Shown piece by piece: positions 13,477-25,568 of a stretch of DNA of 64,000 nucleotides. Positions within the stretch are counted from its first letter, which is position 1; every line of letters begins with the position of its first letter. The notes under the pieces were generated by a model. It was not told where the DNA came from. It saw nothing but the letters and a program-made list of their open reading frames with translations, and did not search any database. The DNA comes from Octopus vulgaris. Lineage: Eukaryota. The DNA lies in NCBI GenBank assembly GCA_951406725.2, contig OX597842.1, positions 6,882,001 through 6,946,000 on the forward strand, given 5' to 3'. The position numbers and the translations under genes were made by a program.

Positions 13477-13550
13477 GTCTGCCTGGTGTCTGCAACTGAT
13501 GAGGAGATAACTACCCTGAAATGCTAGCATCTCACAGTCTAGGCAGATGG
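13477..13550 (+). ncRNA. Type I hammerhead ribozyme (core intact, stems partly decayed)
   Basis: CTGATGA 13496-13502; stem II GGAG/CCCT; GAAA 13518-21; stem III TGC-TA-GCA; AUC site, cleavage after 13531; distal stem I TCTGCCTGG/CTAGGCAGA. Confidence 0.8.
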
Positions 13551-13824
13551 TGTGGCAAACTGATCTAGGTGTATGCACACCATTTGTCAACAAGCAAGAT
13601 ATATACTCCATGACAAAACACAGTGAGTAGTTAGTTTGCTCCTCAGTCCAAATGTGCATCAAGCTTATTCAGACTGATAATAACATTGCAATTTCACTTA
13701 TCACTGCTTTGTGCTCCCCTTTTGTCATTTACTTACAGTGAGCCACCGTTTAGCACTACCAGTCATTGTATGGTGACTAGAAAAGCATAAGAGAGGTAAT
13801 CTCTTAATTCAGCTCATAGCGTTG

Positions 13825-13890
13825 TCTGCCTGGTGTCTGTGACCAATGAGGAGATAACTACTACGAAATGCTAGCATCTCACAATCTAGG
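13825..13890 (+). ncRNA. Type I hammerhead ribozyme, second copy (core mutated to CCAATGA)
   Basis: CTGTGA-CCAATGA-GGAG..CTAC-GAAA-TGCTAGCA-TC-TCACAA; cleavage position after 13878. Confidence 0.7.
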
Positions 13891-14729
13891 TAGGTCGTGC
13901 TGCGAGATATACTCTCCGTGACAAAATGCAGTGAGTAGCTTGTTCCCCATTTCAAACATACATCAAGCATATTCAGACTGATAGTAACGTTGCCAAAGAT
14001 AAGCTGGTTACAGATGCAGCATTTTTAATCATTGATTCACTGCATTAGGTCTGATGCTGCTGTTATATATGCAACTGCAACTGGCACTCCTCTGATTACA
14101 ATGGCAAGGGTTCCAATTGTCCCAGTCAGTGGAATTACTGGTGCAAGTAGTTGAGTACTCCACAGACATGTGTACCCTTAATGTAGTTCTCAGGGAGATT
14201 CAGCATGACCCAGAATGTGACAAGGCTGGCCCTTTGAAATACAGGGATTACTCATTTTTGCCAGCTGAGTGGACTGGGGCAACGAGAATTAAAGTATCTT
14301 GCTCAAGGATGCACAAAAACTGGCACTCCATCTAGTTATAACGACAAGGTTTCCAGTAGATCTGATCAACCAAACAGCCTGCTCGTGAAATTAGCATGCA
14401 AGTGGCTGAGTATTCCACAGATATACATACCCTTAATGTAGTTCTCAGTGAGATTCAGCATGATATAGAATGTGACAACTCATTCCTGCCAGCTGAGTAG
14501 ACTGAGGCAACATGAAATAGAGTGTCTTGTTCAAGAGACACAACATGCCACTGACAATCAAGCTCAGGACCTTACTTACACTAACCACTGATTTAAGTTG
14601 GTAAATTTTGATTTGAGGGATATTTGGTTGTTATGTTTAACTGTGTGAAGGTGCATGGCTTAGTGGTTAGGGAGAGTCATTATACCAATATAATTAACAC
14701 ACTTTGGTTCAATTCCACTCCTTTTCTTT

Positions 14730-15717
14730 GTTATTAGTTAATTGGTTAAGTCAGCGAGCTTCACTTGAATGTTCCTCGTGCAATTCAGTAACAACTTTAG
14801 CTGTGTGAATTGGTGCATTATCATACTGAAAGATTGCATTTCCCTCTGGAAATAGTTCCACAACCATAGGATGAATTTAATCAGATAAAATGCTTAAATA
14901 GCTTTGACTATTCTGCTATGAAGGGAAACCATTGGGTCGGCAGATTTCCAAGATGTAGTCCCCCAGATCATCACAGATCCTCCTCCATGTTTAACAGTTG
15001 GAATAAGGCAGTCTGGGTCAAATGCCTTTTTTGGCTGTCTCCACATGTATACTCAGCCAGTGGTTGGAAGCAAGGTAAAGGATGACTCATCCAAGAAAAT
15101 AACATTTTTTCACTGCTCTAGGGACCAATTCTGTAGGTTTTTACTCCACTCTAAATGCTTTGCAATGTTTGTTTTTGAAAGTAGTGGTTTTCTGATTGCA
15201 GCCCTCCCGTGAAATCTGGCTTTGTGCTACTCCCAGCGAACAGTTTTTGTGGAAACTGGGTTCTCAAGGTAGTCATTAAGCTCTGCAGTAATTTTGGGAG
15301 CTGTACTTTTGTGATCCTTTCTAACAATTTGCGTAAGAGTCCGAAGGTCCCTATCTGAAAGTTTTGGTCTTCTTCCAGAGTTTTGTTTCGACGAGGAGGT
15401 TTTTCTCTCTTTCTCTAAGGTTGTTATTACTTTCAAGACAGTACTTCTTGATACACTAAACATTTCAGCTGTTTTCATTATGCTAGCACCTGCCATATGA
15501 GCACCAACAATTTGACCTCTTTGAAAGTCCAATAGATCTATCATTTTAATGAATTTTAATTAACTTTTTTCTGATGATATCTGAAAAGAAACAGCAATTT
15601 TAGCAAAATATATTAAACAACACTAATAATAAATCAAAAAACATAAAAATAAACAAGCTTTTCAAATTTATGATGCTCTGATGCTAGGTGTTACCATTAT
15701 TTTGTCCAACATCTGTA
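14730..15717 (-). mobile_element. Degenerate Tc1-family transposon
   Basis: ORF 15227-15544 (DFQRGQIVGAHMAGAS..VSRSTV..SGRRPKLSDRD) is a Tc1 HTH region. Downstream motifs VIFLDESSF, PTVKHGGGSVMIWG and FQYDNAPIH are present. Terminus TA-CAG at 15713-17. Confidence 0.9.
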
Positions 15718-16120
15718 TATATATACACACACACACATGCAAGAGTTAAGGAATGGAGTAGATAAGATCTGGGCTTCATATGTTTCATACTGAGCAGAAA
15801 TTCAGAAGTGGTAAATATCCAAGCAAGGTGACACCTCATTTTGATATTTACCACTTTCAAGGTTCCGCTCACTATGAAATACATGTAGCCCAGATCTTAT
15901 CTACTCCATTCCTTAACTCTTATATTCTTATTTGCATACCTGGCAACCCTGATTCCCTACTGTGAAATATAAAACAATTTTTTTCAGCTTATCATAATTT
16001 GATATAAAAAAATCCACAACCTTCTGCCTCAATAAACTGTTATTGTTCCTGAAAGTTGTTTTTTTTATATTTACAATGGGTTACTTAAAGCTGATTTTCT
16101 TCCTATACCTTAATAATTAG

Positions 16121-16153
<33 letters not shown>

Positions 16154-16195
16154 CCTGTGCTAGCACGGAAAACGGACGTTAAACGATAATGATGA

Positions 16196-16230
<35 letters not shown>

Positions 16231-16233
<3 letters not shown>

Positions 16234-16640
16234 TCATCATCATCATTATCGTTTAACGTCCGTTTTCCGCGCTAGCACGGGTTGGACGGTTCGACCGGGG
16301 TCTGGGAAGCCAGGGGCTGCACCAGGCTCCAGTCTGATCTGGCAGTGTTTCTACAGCTGGATGCCCTTCCTAACACCAACCACTCCGTGAGTGTAGTGGG
16401 TGCTTTTAATGTGCCACCAGCACGGAAGCCAGCCAAGGCGGTGCTGGCATCGGCCACGTTCGGATGGTGCTTTTTATGTGCCACCGGCACAGAAGCCAGT
16501 CGAGGCGGCGCTGGCATCGGCCACGTTCGGATGGTGCTTTTTATGTGCCACTGGCACAGAAGCCATCGAGGTGGCGCTGGCATCGGCCATGTTCGGATGG
16601 TGCTTTTTATGTGCCACCAGCACAGAAGCCAGTCGAGGCT
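16231..16640 (-). mobile_element. RTE-LINE 3' end with 67-bp tandem units and (ATG)n tail
   Basis: Same 67-bp unit as 35684-35990, in reverse orientation. Confidence 0.8.
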
Positions 16641-18318
16641 TATATATATATATATGTATATATATATATAAAAAGTAGTTTGAAAATGCCACTATATAAG
16701 ATAAATTTTAATTTTCTGAGAGATTTTACATGTTTCAGTTCTTCTTGAAAAAAATGAACCTTATCAAAAATATATATTTTAAAAAGTTGAGTGTAATAAA
16801 AGAAAAGTTCATAATTACTTCTTACTAGTCTCAACAGAGTCCACGTGGTGTTGTTTTGTGTGTGGGAACATAATAGCTGTCTTGTGCGTTGACTAGAATC
16901 GTTGGCTCATCATCATCATGATTTAACATCCATTTTCCATGCTGGCATGGGTTGGACAGTTTAGCAGAAGCAGATCTGCTGAAGGGCTGTTCAGACTCCA
17001 TGTTTGTCTTGGCATGGTTTCTATGACTGGATTCCCTTCCTAATGCCAACCACTTTACAGAGTGCACTGGGTACCTCTATGCAGCACCGGTACGGGTGCT
17101 TTCCCTCTATGTTTAGCCCCTTGTGGGTAATAAAGAAATAGGTACGGGTGCTTTTTACAAGGCACCAGTACTTCTGAACCCACAAGATTAGGGAGGCTCA
17201 CCTGGAGAGGATTGCAAAGGATGAGCCTTGGGCAACCATGCTTTCACATGGTCCCCTGCCATCTCCTCTGTGAATCACAATATTTATAGATTCTTTCACA
17301 CCACTTCATCCCACATTTTCCTGGGTCTACCCCTTTCACATGTTCCCTCTACAGTTAGAGCTTGGCAGCTCTTGATGCAACTGTCCTCCATTCATGCACA
17401 TTACATGGCCATACCTGTACAGCCTTCTCTGTTGCACACTATATCTGATGCTTCGTACACCCAGTTTTTCTCTCATAGGAACCCAACAAGTTGATTTACT
17501 TAACAGGTTTTATTTTGTTTACTTAGTTTACTAATTCTAATCTGTTTATATTTAACATCAGATAAATTTCATACAACTCAGTCCTACGTAAAAAGAAATT
17601 TTTTTAATCTCGTAGCAAGTGTATTCTGTTGCCATGGTAGCAGCTGGTGGCCAGCGGTGGAAGCACTCATTACTTCAGTTTCTTCTTCTTTCTTTTTCCC
17701 CTCATTACATTGCTTAAGTTTCCTTTGTATTTAGAATATTTTCTCCCATTAGTAATGGATAAGAGCAAAAAAAAATCTAAGTAAGAATAATTGCATTAAC
17801 AAAAAGTGGAAAGCTTCTACTTCAAAGAAGAAATTTAGAATATTTAAAAGTTCTAATAACAGTAGTGGGTCATCAGAGATTGCCTTCTCATTTGGATTGA
17901 ATGAAACGACTATACAAGCAGAAGATTATAAGACAAAAAAGGAAAGATGGTGTATTATGTCTAGTGCTGGAGCTGCTGTTTCTAGTGTCAGAGGTCAAGA
18001 GTTGTATATAGAAGATGGCGAAAATTGTTGAGATTTTTGACAAACAAGGCACAGGTGTGGTATGTGGTAAGAAGCTTGTTTCCCAATCACATGGTTCCAG
18101 GTTCAGTCCCACTGTGTGGCACCTTAGGCAAGTGTCTTCTACAATAGCCTCAGGCCAACCAAAGCCTTGTGAGTGGATTTGGTAGATGGAAACTATAAGA
18201 AGCCTATCATTTATTTGTGTGCGTGTTTTTTCCCCCATCATTGCTTAATAACCAGTGTTAGTGTGTTTACATACCTGTAACTTAGCTGTTCAGCAAAGAA
18301 GTTGATAAAATAAGTACC

Positions 18319-18551
18319 TATTTCTTTATTACCCACAAGGGGCTAAACATAGAAGGGACAAACAAGGACAGACATAGGTATTAAGTCGATTACATCGACC
18401 CCAGTGCGTAACTGGTACTTAATTTATCGACTCCGAAAGGATGAAAGGTAAAGTCGACCTCAGCAGAATTTGAACTCACAACGTAACGGCAGACGAAATA
18501 CCGCCAAGCATTTCACGCGACATGCTAACATTTCTGCCAACTCTCCACCTT
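18319..18551 (-). mobile_element. SINE family B (Meta-domain-like) nested in SINE A with ~15-bp TSD
   Basis: Contains a CTTTCATCCTTTCGG..TCGATAAATTAAGTACC core on the minus strand; TSD GATARAATAAGTACC at 18304-18 and 18552-66. Further copies lie at 21572-21789, 23795-24017, 41220-41615, 43410-44410 and 53205-53470. Confidence 0.8.
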
Positions 18552-20149
18552 GATAGAATAAGTACCAGGCTTTAAAATATATCTACTGGGGTAGATTCAT
18601 GTGACTAAAAATTCTTCAAGGCAGTGCCCCAGCATGGCCACAGTCTAATGATTGAAACAAGTAAAAGATAAAAGATAAACAAACTTCTATTCTTTTCATA
18701 CACAAGAGAGTCTGGATGTTATTATTCTTGGTATAACTGTAATAGTATTCAAAAAGTTAACTGTTAATTGTTGTGTTGCTGTTAGTTCATTATGTTGATG
18801 TCAGCTTGGTTCAGCCACTGTCCGCATCTGTTCGCTGTCCATCTGTCATATCTCATGCTCTCTCTGCTACATCCCAAAGCTTTGTCTGGTAGTTGCATTG
18901 TGTTGATTTTATACTAATTGAGAGGCTCGGAAAAAGCATGTGAAAAGCTGAAATAGTCACTGGAGCCTCTTCCATGCAAAATTATGATTGGTCAGATTTT
19001 GTCGATCACATGGGTAATATTCTAGCAAATTGTGACATCAGGTGATAACTGAATATTCCCACTACAATGGTTTCATCTTCAACAGCAATTTAATAAACTA
19101 GAAATTGAAATGAGATGATAATTGAAATAGAACACTTATTATTGACATGGATTAAAGACATGCCTTTTACTTGTTTCAGTCATACAACTGTGGCCATGCT
19201 GGGGTACTGCCTTGAAGGGTTTACTTAGAGGTTCTCAATGTGGGCAGTACTGCTCCCAAGGGGTGTTAAGTTTTAGGGAGCAGTGAAGTAATATAATTAG
19301 CATACTAAATTTTACCTATACTCTCTCTTTGACTCTTTTACTTGTTTCAGTCATGTGACTGTGGCCATGCTGGAGCACCGCCTTTAGTCGATCAAATCGA
19401 CCCCAGGACTTATTCTTTGTAAGCCAAGTGCTTATTTTATCAGTCTCTTTTTTGCCGAACCGCCAAGTTACGGGGACGTAAGCACACCAGCATCGGTTGT
19501 CAAACGATGTTGGGGGGACAAACACAGACACACAAACACACGCACACACACATATATATATATATACATATATACGACGGGCTTCTTTCAGTTTCCCTCT
19601 ACCAAATCCACTCACAAGGCTTTGGTCGGCTCGAGGCTATAGTAGAAGACACTTGCCCAAGGTGCCACGTAGTGGGACTGAACTCGGAACCATGTGGTTG
19701 GTAAGCAAGCTACTTACCACACAGCCACTCCTACGCCTATAGTACTATATTATACATGATAAGACTAGTAATGATTATTAACATAAAATGAGATCTCATC
19801 AGGCACAAGGAAGTCATTAACTTGCAATGTATAAAGCAAATTTACAATTTTTGGCTTTATTAATTTTTTTTTATTTCACTGTTAAAAGCTTATACAATAC
19901 ATTTTTAGAGTTAATAACACAGCAATTCCTGTACCTTTGAAAGCTACAGAAAAATTTAGAATAGTATTTTAAAGGCTTATAGAAGAAAACTGTAAGAGGC
20001 AGATTTTCACAATTTATGATGCTGCTTATTTTGGAAGCATGAACCCACAAAAATTTTCCTTGCTAAAGAAGAACAAACTGTTTCTGACTATAAAGTACCA
20101 AAAGACAGAATCACTATTTTTATCCCTGAAGTTAATATGCTTCACTGGA

Positions 20150-20925
20150 AGTGCAATGTCAGTCTGCATGCACAACAGAGTGTGAGTGTCTTGAGGAAAA
20201 AGCTGGGCATAAGAGGCTTCAGATGTGGTATGCAAAAGAGATGATTGCACTGTTAGGGTCATGTGATTCGTATGGACAAGGACAGCTGTGTAAAGAAGTG
20301 TTGATTTCTAACCATGGCAGTGGTAGATTAAGGAAGACATGGGATGAGGTGGTGAAGCATGATCTTCAAATGTTGGGGCTCATGGAAGCAATGACTAGCG
20401 ACTGAGACTTTTGGCAATATGCCTTGCTCGAGAAGATCTTTCAGGCCAAGTGAAATCATAGTCATGGCTGATGCCAGTGTTGTGTAAATGGCACATAAAA
20501 AGCACCCTTCAGACGTTGGGTGATGTTCCACGTTTGAGAAGATCCATCAAGCCAAGTGAAATCGCAGTCATGGCCAATGCCGGTCGCATAACTGGCCCAT
20601 AAAAAGCACCCTTTGAAAGGTGGGCTTCACAGAGGTAGTGACAAGTGACCAAGACCTTTGGTGATATACTGTGCTTGAGAAAACCTGTCAAACCAAGTGA
20701 GATCATGATTATGGCTGATGCCAGCTGGCACCCATGCCAGTGACATGTAAAAAGCACCCACTACACTCACGGAGTAGTTGGCATTAGGAAGGGCATCCAG
20801 CTGTAGAAACACTGCCAAATCAGATTGGAACCTGGTGCAGCTCCCCAGCTTACTAGTTTTCAGTCCAACTGCCCAACATATGCCAGCATGAAAAGCAGAC
20901 TCTAAATGATGATGATGATGATGAT
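20150..20925 (+). mobile_element. 5'-truncated RTE LINE 3' fragment
   Basis: GRLRKTWDEVVKHDL, homologous to 35358-35552; ends in (ATG)n. Similar fragments lie at 2050-2660(-), 11380-11810, 16910-17470(-) and 45240-46550(-). Confidence 0.8.
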
Positions 20926-21399
20926 GCAAATTACTTGGCAACCTCACTAATGCTAGTGACATGTAAAAAGCACCCAGTATACATTGGTATTAAGAAGGGT
21001 ATCCAAGCCATAGAAACCATGCTAAAGCAGATACTGGTGTGTAGCACAGCCCTGCAGCTCTCCAGGGCCTGTCAAACAATCCAACCCATGCCAACATGGA
21101 AAATAAATGTTAAGTGATGATGGCGATATCAAGATAAAGCAAATGCTAATCAACCATACACAAATTTGTAGCTCACCTAGGGAATAAAATCAGAAAGTGC
21201 TGTCAGATATCTGATGCTGACAGAAAAAAGCCTGAGTGATGAAGTCCCATTTTCAAGATTTATTTCAACCCCAAAATGGAATAAAATATTGTGTAAAATA
21301 ACCTCAGTTTTAAAGCTTTGTTGCTCTTCAATAACTCTCTTGGTTGTGCTCCTGCTATAAGTGACTTGGCCTGCAGTTTGGCATCTGGTGAGGTAGGTC

Positions 21400-21940
21400 T
21401 GTGCTGTCCAATAGTGTCATGGGGCACTGGACAAACATACTAGTTAAATTCTTGGGGCTTGGTTTGGGCCAGACTTCTACGTTGACAAGAACTGGGAAAA
21501 GGTGTCCAAAGGTATTTCTAGTTGTCCAAAGTGAGGGCACCTATCCGGCAAAAAAAAAAAAATGAAAAAATAAGGTGGCGAGCTGGCAGAAACATTAGCA
21601 CGCCAGGCAAAATGCTTAGTGGTATTTCGTCTGCCGTTACGTTGTGAGTTCAAATTCCGCCGAGGTTGACTTTGCCTTTCATCCTTTCGGGGTCGATAAA
21701 TTAAGTACCAGTTACGCACTGGGGTCAATGTAATCGACTTAATCCATTTGTCCCCTCTGTGTTTAGCCCCTTGTGGGCAATAAAGAAATAAGAACTGGGA
21801 AAAGGTGACAAGCTGGGTGGCTGATCTCACCTAAAAACTGGCTAAGAAGCAAAAATCCCTGAAGGGTCAAGTGGAGGTAGTGAATGCTTACATTGTATCC
21901 ATCATCTGTTAACACCTGACCATTGTGCCTTGTCTGGAGA
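21400..21940 (+). mobile_element. Degenerate L1/Tx1-like LINE fragment interrupted by a SINE B insertion
   Basis: Frameshifted VKFLG.WFGPDFYVDKNWEKV..SLKGQVEVVNAYIVSII. 18-bp TSD AAGAACTGGGAAAAGGTG at 21487-21504 and 21790-21807. Confidence 0.55.
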
Positions 21941-22204
21941 GGGTCACACATTGGTCATAGAAATGTACATGTATCTTTTACCTCTTATTTGTTCTAGTCT
22001 TTAGACTGCAGCCATGCTGGGGCACCACCTTGAAGAATTTATAGTTGAATGAATCAACCACAGGATTTATTTTTTAAAGCCTCATATTTATTTTATCAGT
22101 CTCTTTTTCTGAAAGCTATAGGGATGTAAACAAACCAACACCAGTTGTCAAGCAGTGTTAGGAGACAAACACAGACACAAAGACACCCACCTACATATAT
22201 ATAG

Positions 22205-22281
<77 letters not shown>

Positions 22282-22539
22282 AGAGGCTTCCAAATAGAAA
22301 AGCGTTGTGCTAGAAAGAGCAGTAGAAATCTCAAGACCACATAAAAAAGAATAAATTCACTTTTTTTTGTGGTCTTGAGATTTCTACTGCTCTTTCTAGC
22401 ACAACGCTTTCCTATTTGGAAGCCTCTTATTGTATTTCTATGTGAATAATATATAGTCTAATGACTAATTCGTTTTTTGTGCTAGGCCACTGGTAATAAT
22501 AATCTATTATTACCTTATTTTATTATGTTTACATATATA

Positions 22540-22572
<33 letters not shown>

Positions 22573-25395
22573 AACGAGCTCCTTTCAGTTGCCATCTAAT
22601 AAATCTGCTCACGAGGCTTTAATCAGCTCAAGGCTATAGTAGACACTTGCCCAAGATACCATGCAGTGGGACTGGACCCAGAGCCATGTGGTTGGGAAGC
22701 AAACTCTTTTACCACACAGCCAATCCCTGTGTCTTACGAAGATAATTTTTGCAACAGGGTAATTGCTGTGTTCAAAGTTAATTATATCAAGATCACTGTT
22801 GATCATGTAATACAAGATGCTATGAATGCTAAATGAGTTCAGTGGGAAATTCACATTATAAATGCTATTGCAAATATTTGAGATTCATTGCTGTGAATGA
22901 TATCAAACAACATGAAAGCCATTCAAGAACTTTTGCTGATGTTTGTTATTCTGTTATTCTGTTACTTGTTTCAATCATTAGACTTAAGCCATGCTGGAGC
23001 TCCAACTTAAAGGGTTTTAGTTCAAGAAACCAAACCCAGGATTTATTCTTTGTAAGCCTAGTACTTATTCTATCGGTCACTTTTGCTGAACTGCTAAGTT
23101 ACAGAGATATAAAACACACTGACATTGGTTATCAGGAGGTTGGGGGACACAGACGCACATGTAAGTACGTATGCATAAATATCCAGCTGTAAAAACCATG
23201 CCAAAACTGATTTTACTTGTGCTGGTGACACGCAAGAAGCACTCAGTTGACTCTGCAGAGTGATTGGTGATAGGAAGGGTATCCAGCCATAAAAACCCTG
23301 CCAAAACAGACACAGTAGCCTGGTGTAGTTTTCTACCTGGCCAGCTCCTGTCTAATCACCCGACCCATACCAGCATAGAAGGCAGACGTTAAACAATGTT
23401 GATGCTGATGACATGACTGTCTTCTTTCAGTTTCTGTCTACCAAATCCACTCAAGGCCCAATTGGCCCAAGACCATAATAGAAGACACTTGTCCAAGGTT
23501 CCACACGGTGGGACTGAACCCAGAACCATCTGGTTAGGAAGCAAGCTTCTTAATACACAGCCACACCTGTGACTATGTGTAAATGATTTTCTACCCTGAA
23601 ATCAGAGGCCAGATTTACCTAATGTTTATATGCATTTGCCACCGGTCGCAGATTCTTGAATTTTTGCAAACTTCTTCTGCTAACATTATTACATAATTCA
23701 GAGCCCCCAGAAACAGACCAAAAATACTGTACCTTCTCTTCTTAGTTTTCTGTGTCTTTTGTACACTGTGTAAATCTGCTCTGTTAATAATATAGCTGGC
23801 AGAAACATTAGCACGCCGGGCAAAATGCTTAGCAGTATTTCGTTTGGCTTTAGGTTCTGAGTTCAAATTCCACCGAGGTCGACTTTGCCTTTCATCCTTT
23901 CGGGGTTGATTAAATAAGTACCAGTTACGCACTGGGGTCGATATAATCGACTTAATCCGTTTGTCTGTCCTTGTTTGTCCCCTTTATGTTTAGCCCCTTG
24001 TGGGCAGTAAAGAAATAATATATAAATATCTTTATACTTATTCATGAATGTTCATCATCTGAATATTTGCAGCCTTTGCCTTCTCTCTAATTACTTCAAA
24101 TCATTTGAGAGCTACAAAGTGTCCTCTATATTGAGCATCTTTGGATCTCATCTGTTGTCTGTGTATGTGTATCATCATCATTTAATATCCACTGTCCATG
24201 CTGGCATGGGTTGAATGATTTGACCAGAGCTGGCAAGCTGGAGGAGCTGCACCAGACTCCAGTCATGGTTTCTATGGCTGGATGCCCTTCCTAATGCCAA
24301 CCACTTTACAGAGTGTGCTGGGTGCTTTTACAAAGCACGGGACTTTTGCAGGTCAGTCCTCTTCACAAAGGGAGTACAGGTCTTCTTGAGTACAGCAAGG
24401 TGCCTGACATATATGGTCCTTTTTTATCTGAAAGGTTCAGCATCCTGAGCTCGTCCTTTGTCCTCCGTATGTGTGTGTATGCTTATATAATATATATATA
24501 TATACACATTAAACTATGGTTTACCTTTAAATTACCTGCTACCATACACCTTATAACAAGAACCATACATACTGAGGTAATTACCAGGAGTGCCTCTGGA
24601 TACATCTATCCCTTAGAGGGTTTAAACACCTCTAACTCATATATATATGTATGTATATATATATAGGGGGGCAGGAGTGGCTGTGTGGTAAGTAGCTTGC
24701 TTATCAACCACATGGTTCCGGGTTCAGTCCCACTGCATGGCACCTTGAGCAATTGTCTTCTACTATAGCTTCGGGCCAATCAAAGCCTTGTGAGTGGATT
24801 TGGTAGACGGAAACTGAAAGAAGCCCGTCGTATATATGTATATATATGTATGTGTGTGTGTATATTTGTGTGTCTTTGTTTGTCTCGTAACATCGCTTGA
24901 CAACTGATGGTGGTGTGTTTTCGTCCCCGATAGAATAAGTACTAAGCTTACAAAGAATAAGTCCTGGGGTCAGTTTGCTCAACTAAAGGTGGTGCTCTAG
25001 CATGGCCACAGTCAAATGACTGAAACAAGTAAAAGAGTAATATATATTGTAAGGTACAGATAAGTTGATATTTTTTTGAATTCAGAATTGCCATTAGAAC
25101 AGCAGAAATACTGGGTAATTTACCCAGTATTACCCTTACAAAGTGGAAAAATTTGTCAGTGGCCAGTTTAGCTTAATGCTAAAGCACTCTGCTGAAGTCT
25201 TGAGGGATGTGGGTTTGAGTTCCATGACTGTTGACAATTTTTTCCTCTTTGTAAGGGTAATTTACCCAGTTCTAATGGCAATTCTGTGTTTGAAAAAATA
25301 TCATCTCATCTGTATTGTACAATACACATTTTAACACCTATAAAAAAACTACACTTAGTTATATATATATGTTTGTCTATTTCTAAAACTGTCAG

Positions 25396-25504
25396 ATTGT
25401 GAACAACAATTCTAACATAGAGAAATGCCTACCAATTATTGTGTTCCTGGGACGAATGTTGGACACTTTGACAGACTTACACAAAACATACTATCGTTAC
25501 TACA
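25396..25504 (+). CDS. MEI1: MEI1 homologue exon 4 (IVNNNSNIEKCLPIIVFLGRMLDTLTDLHKTYYRYY)
   Basis: gtcAG acceptor, |GTAAGT donor, 109 nt, phase 0-1. FLGRMLD resembles MEI1 LLGKLVD. Confidence 0.82.
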
Positions 25505-25514
25505 GTAAGTATGA

Positions 25515-25568
<54 letters not shown>

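Larger units (their letters stand above)
12920..13994 (+). mobile_element. Non-LTR retrozyme-like tandem array (~2.2 units of 308-350 bp) with hammerhead motifs
   Basis: Marker GTGAGTAG recurs at 12929, 13623 and 13931. Two hammerhead motifs are present. Possible AAAGA TSD at 12915 and 13995. Confidence 0.78.
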
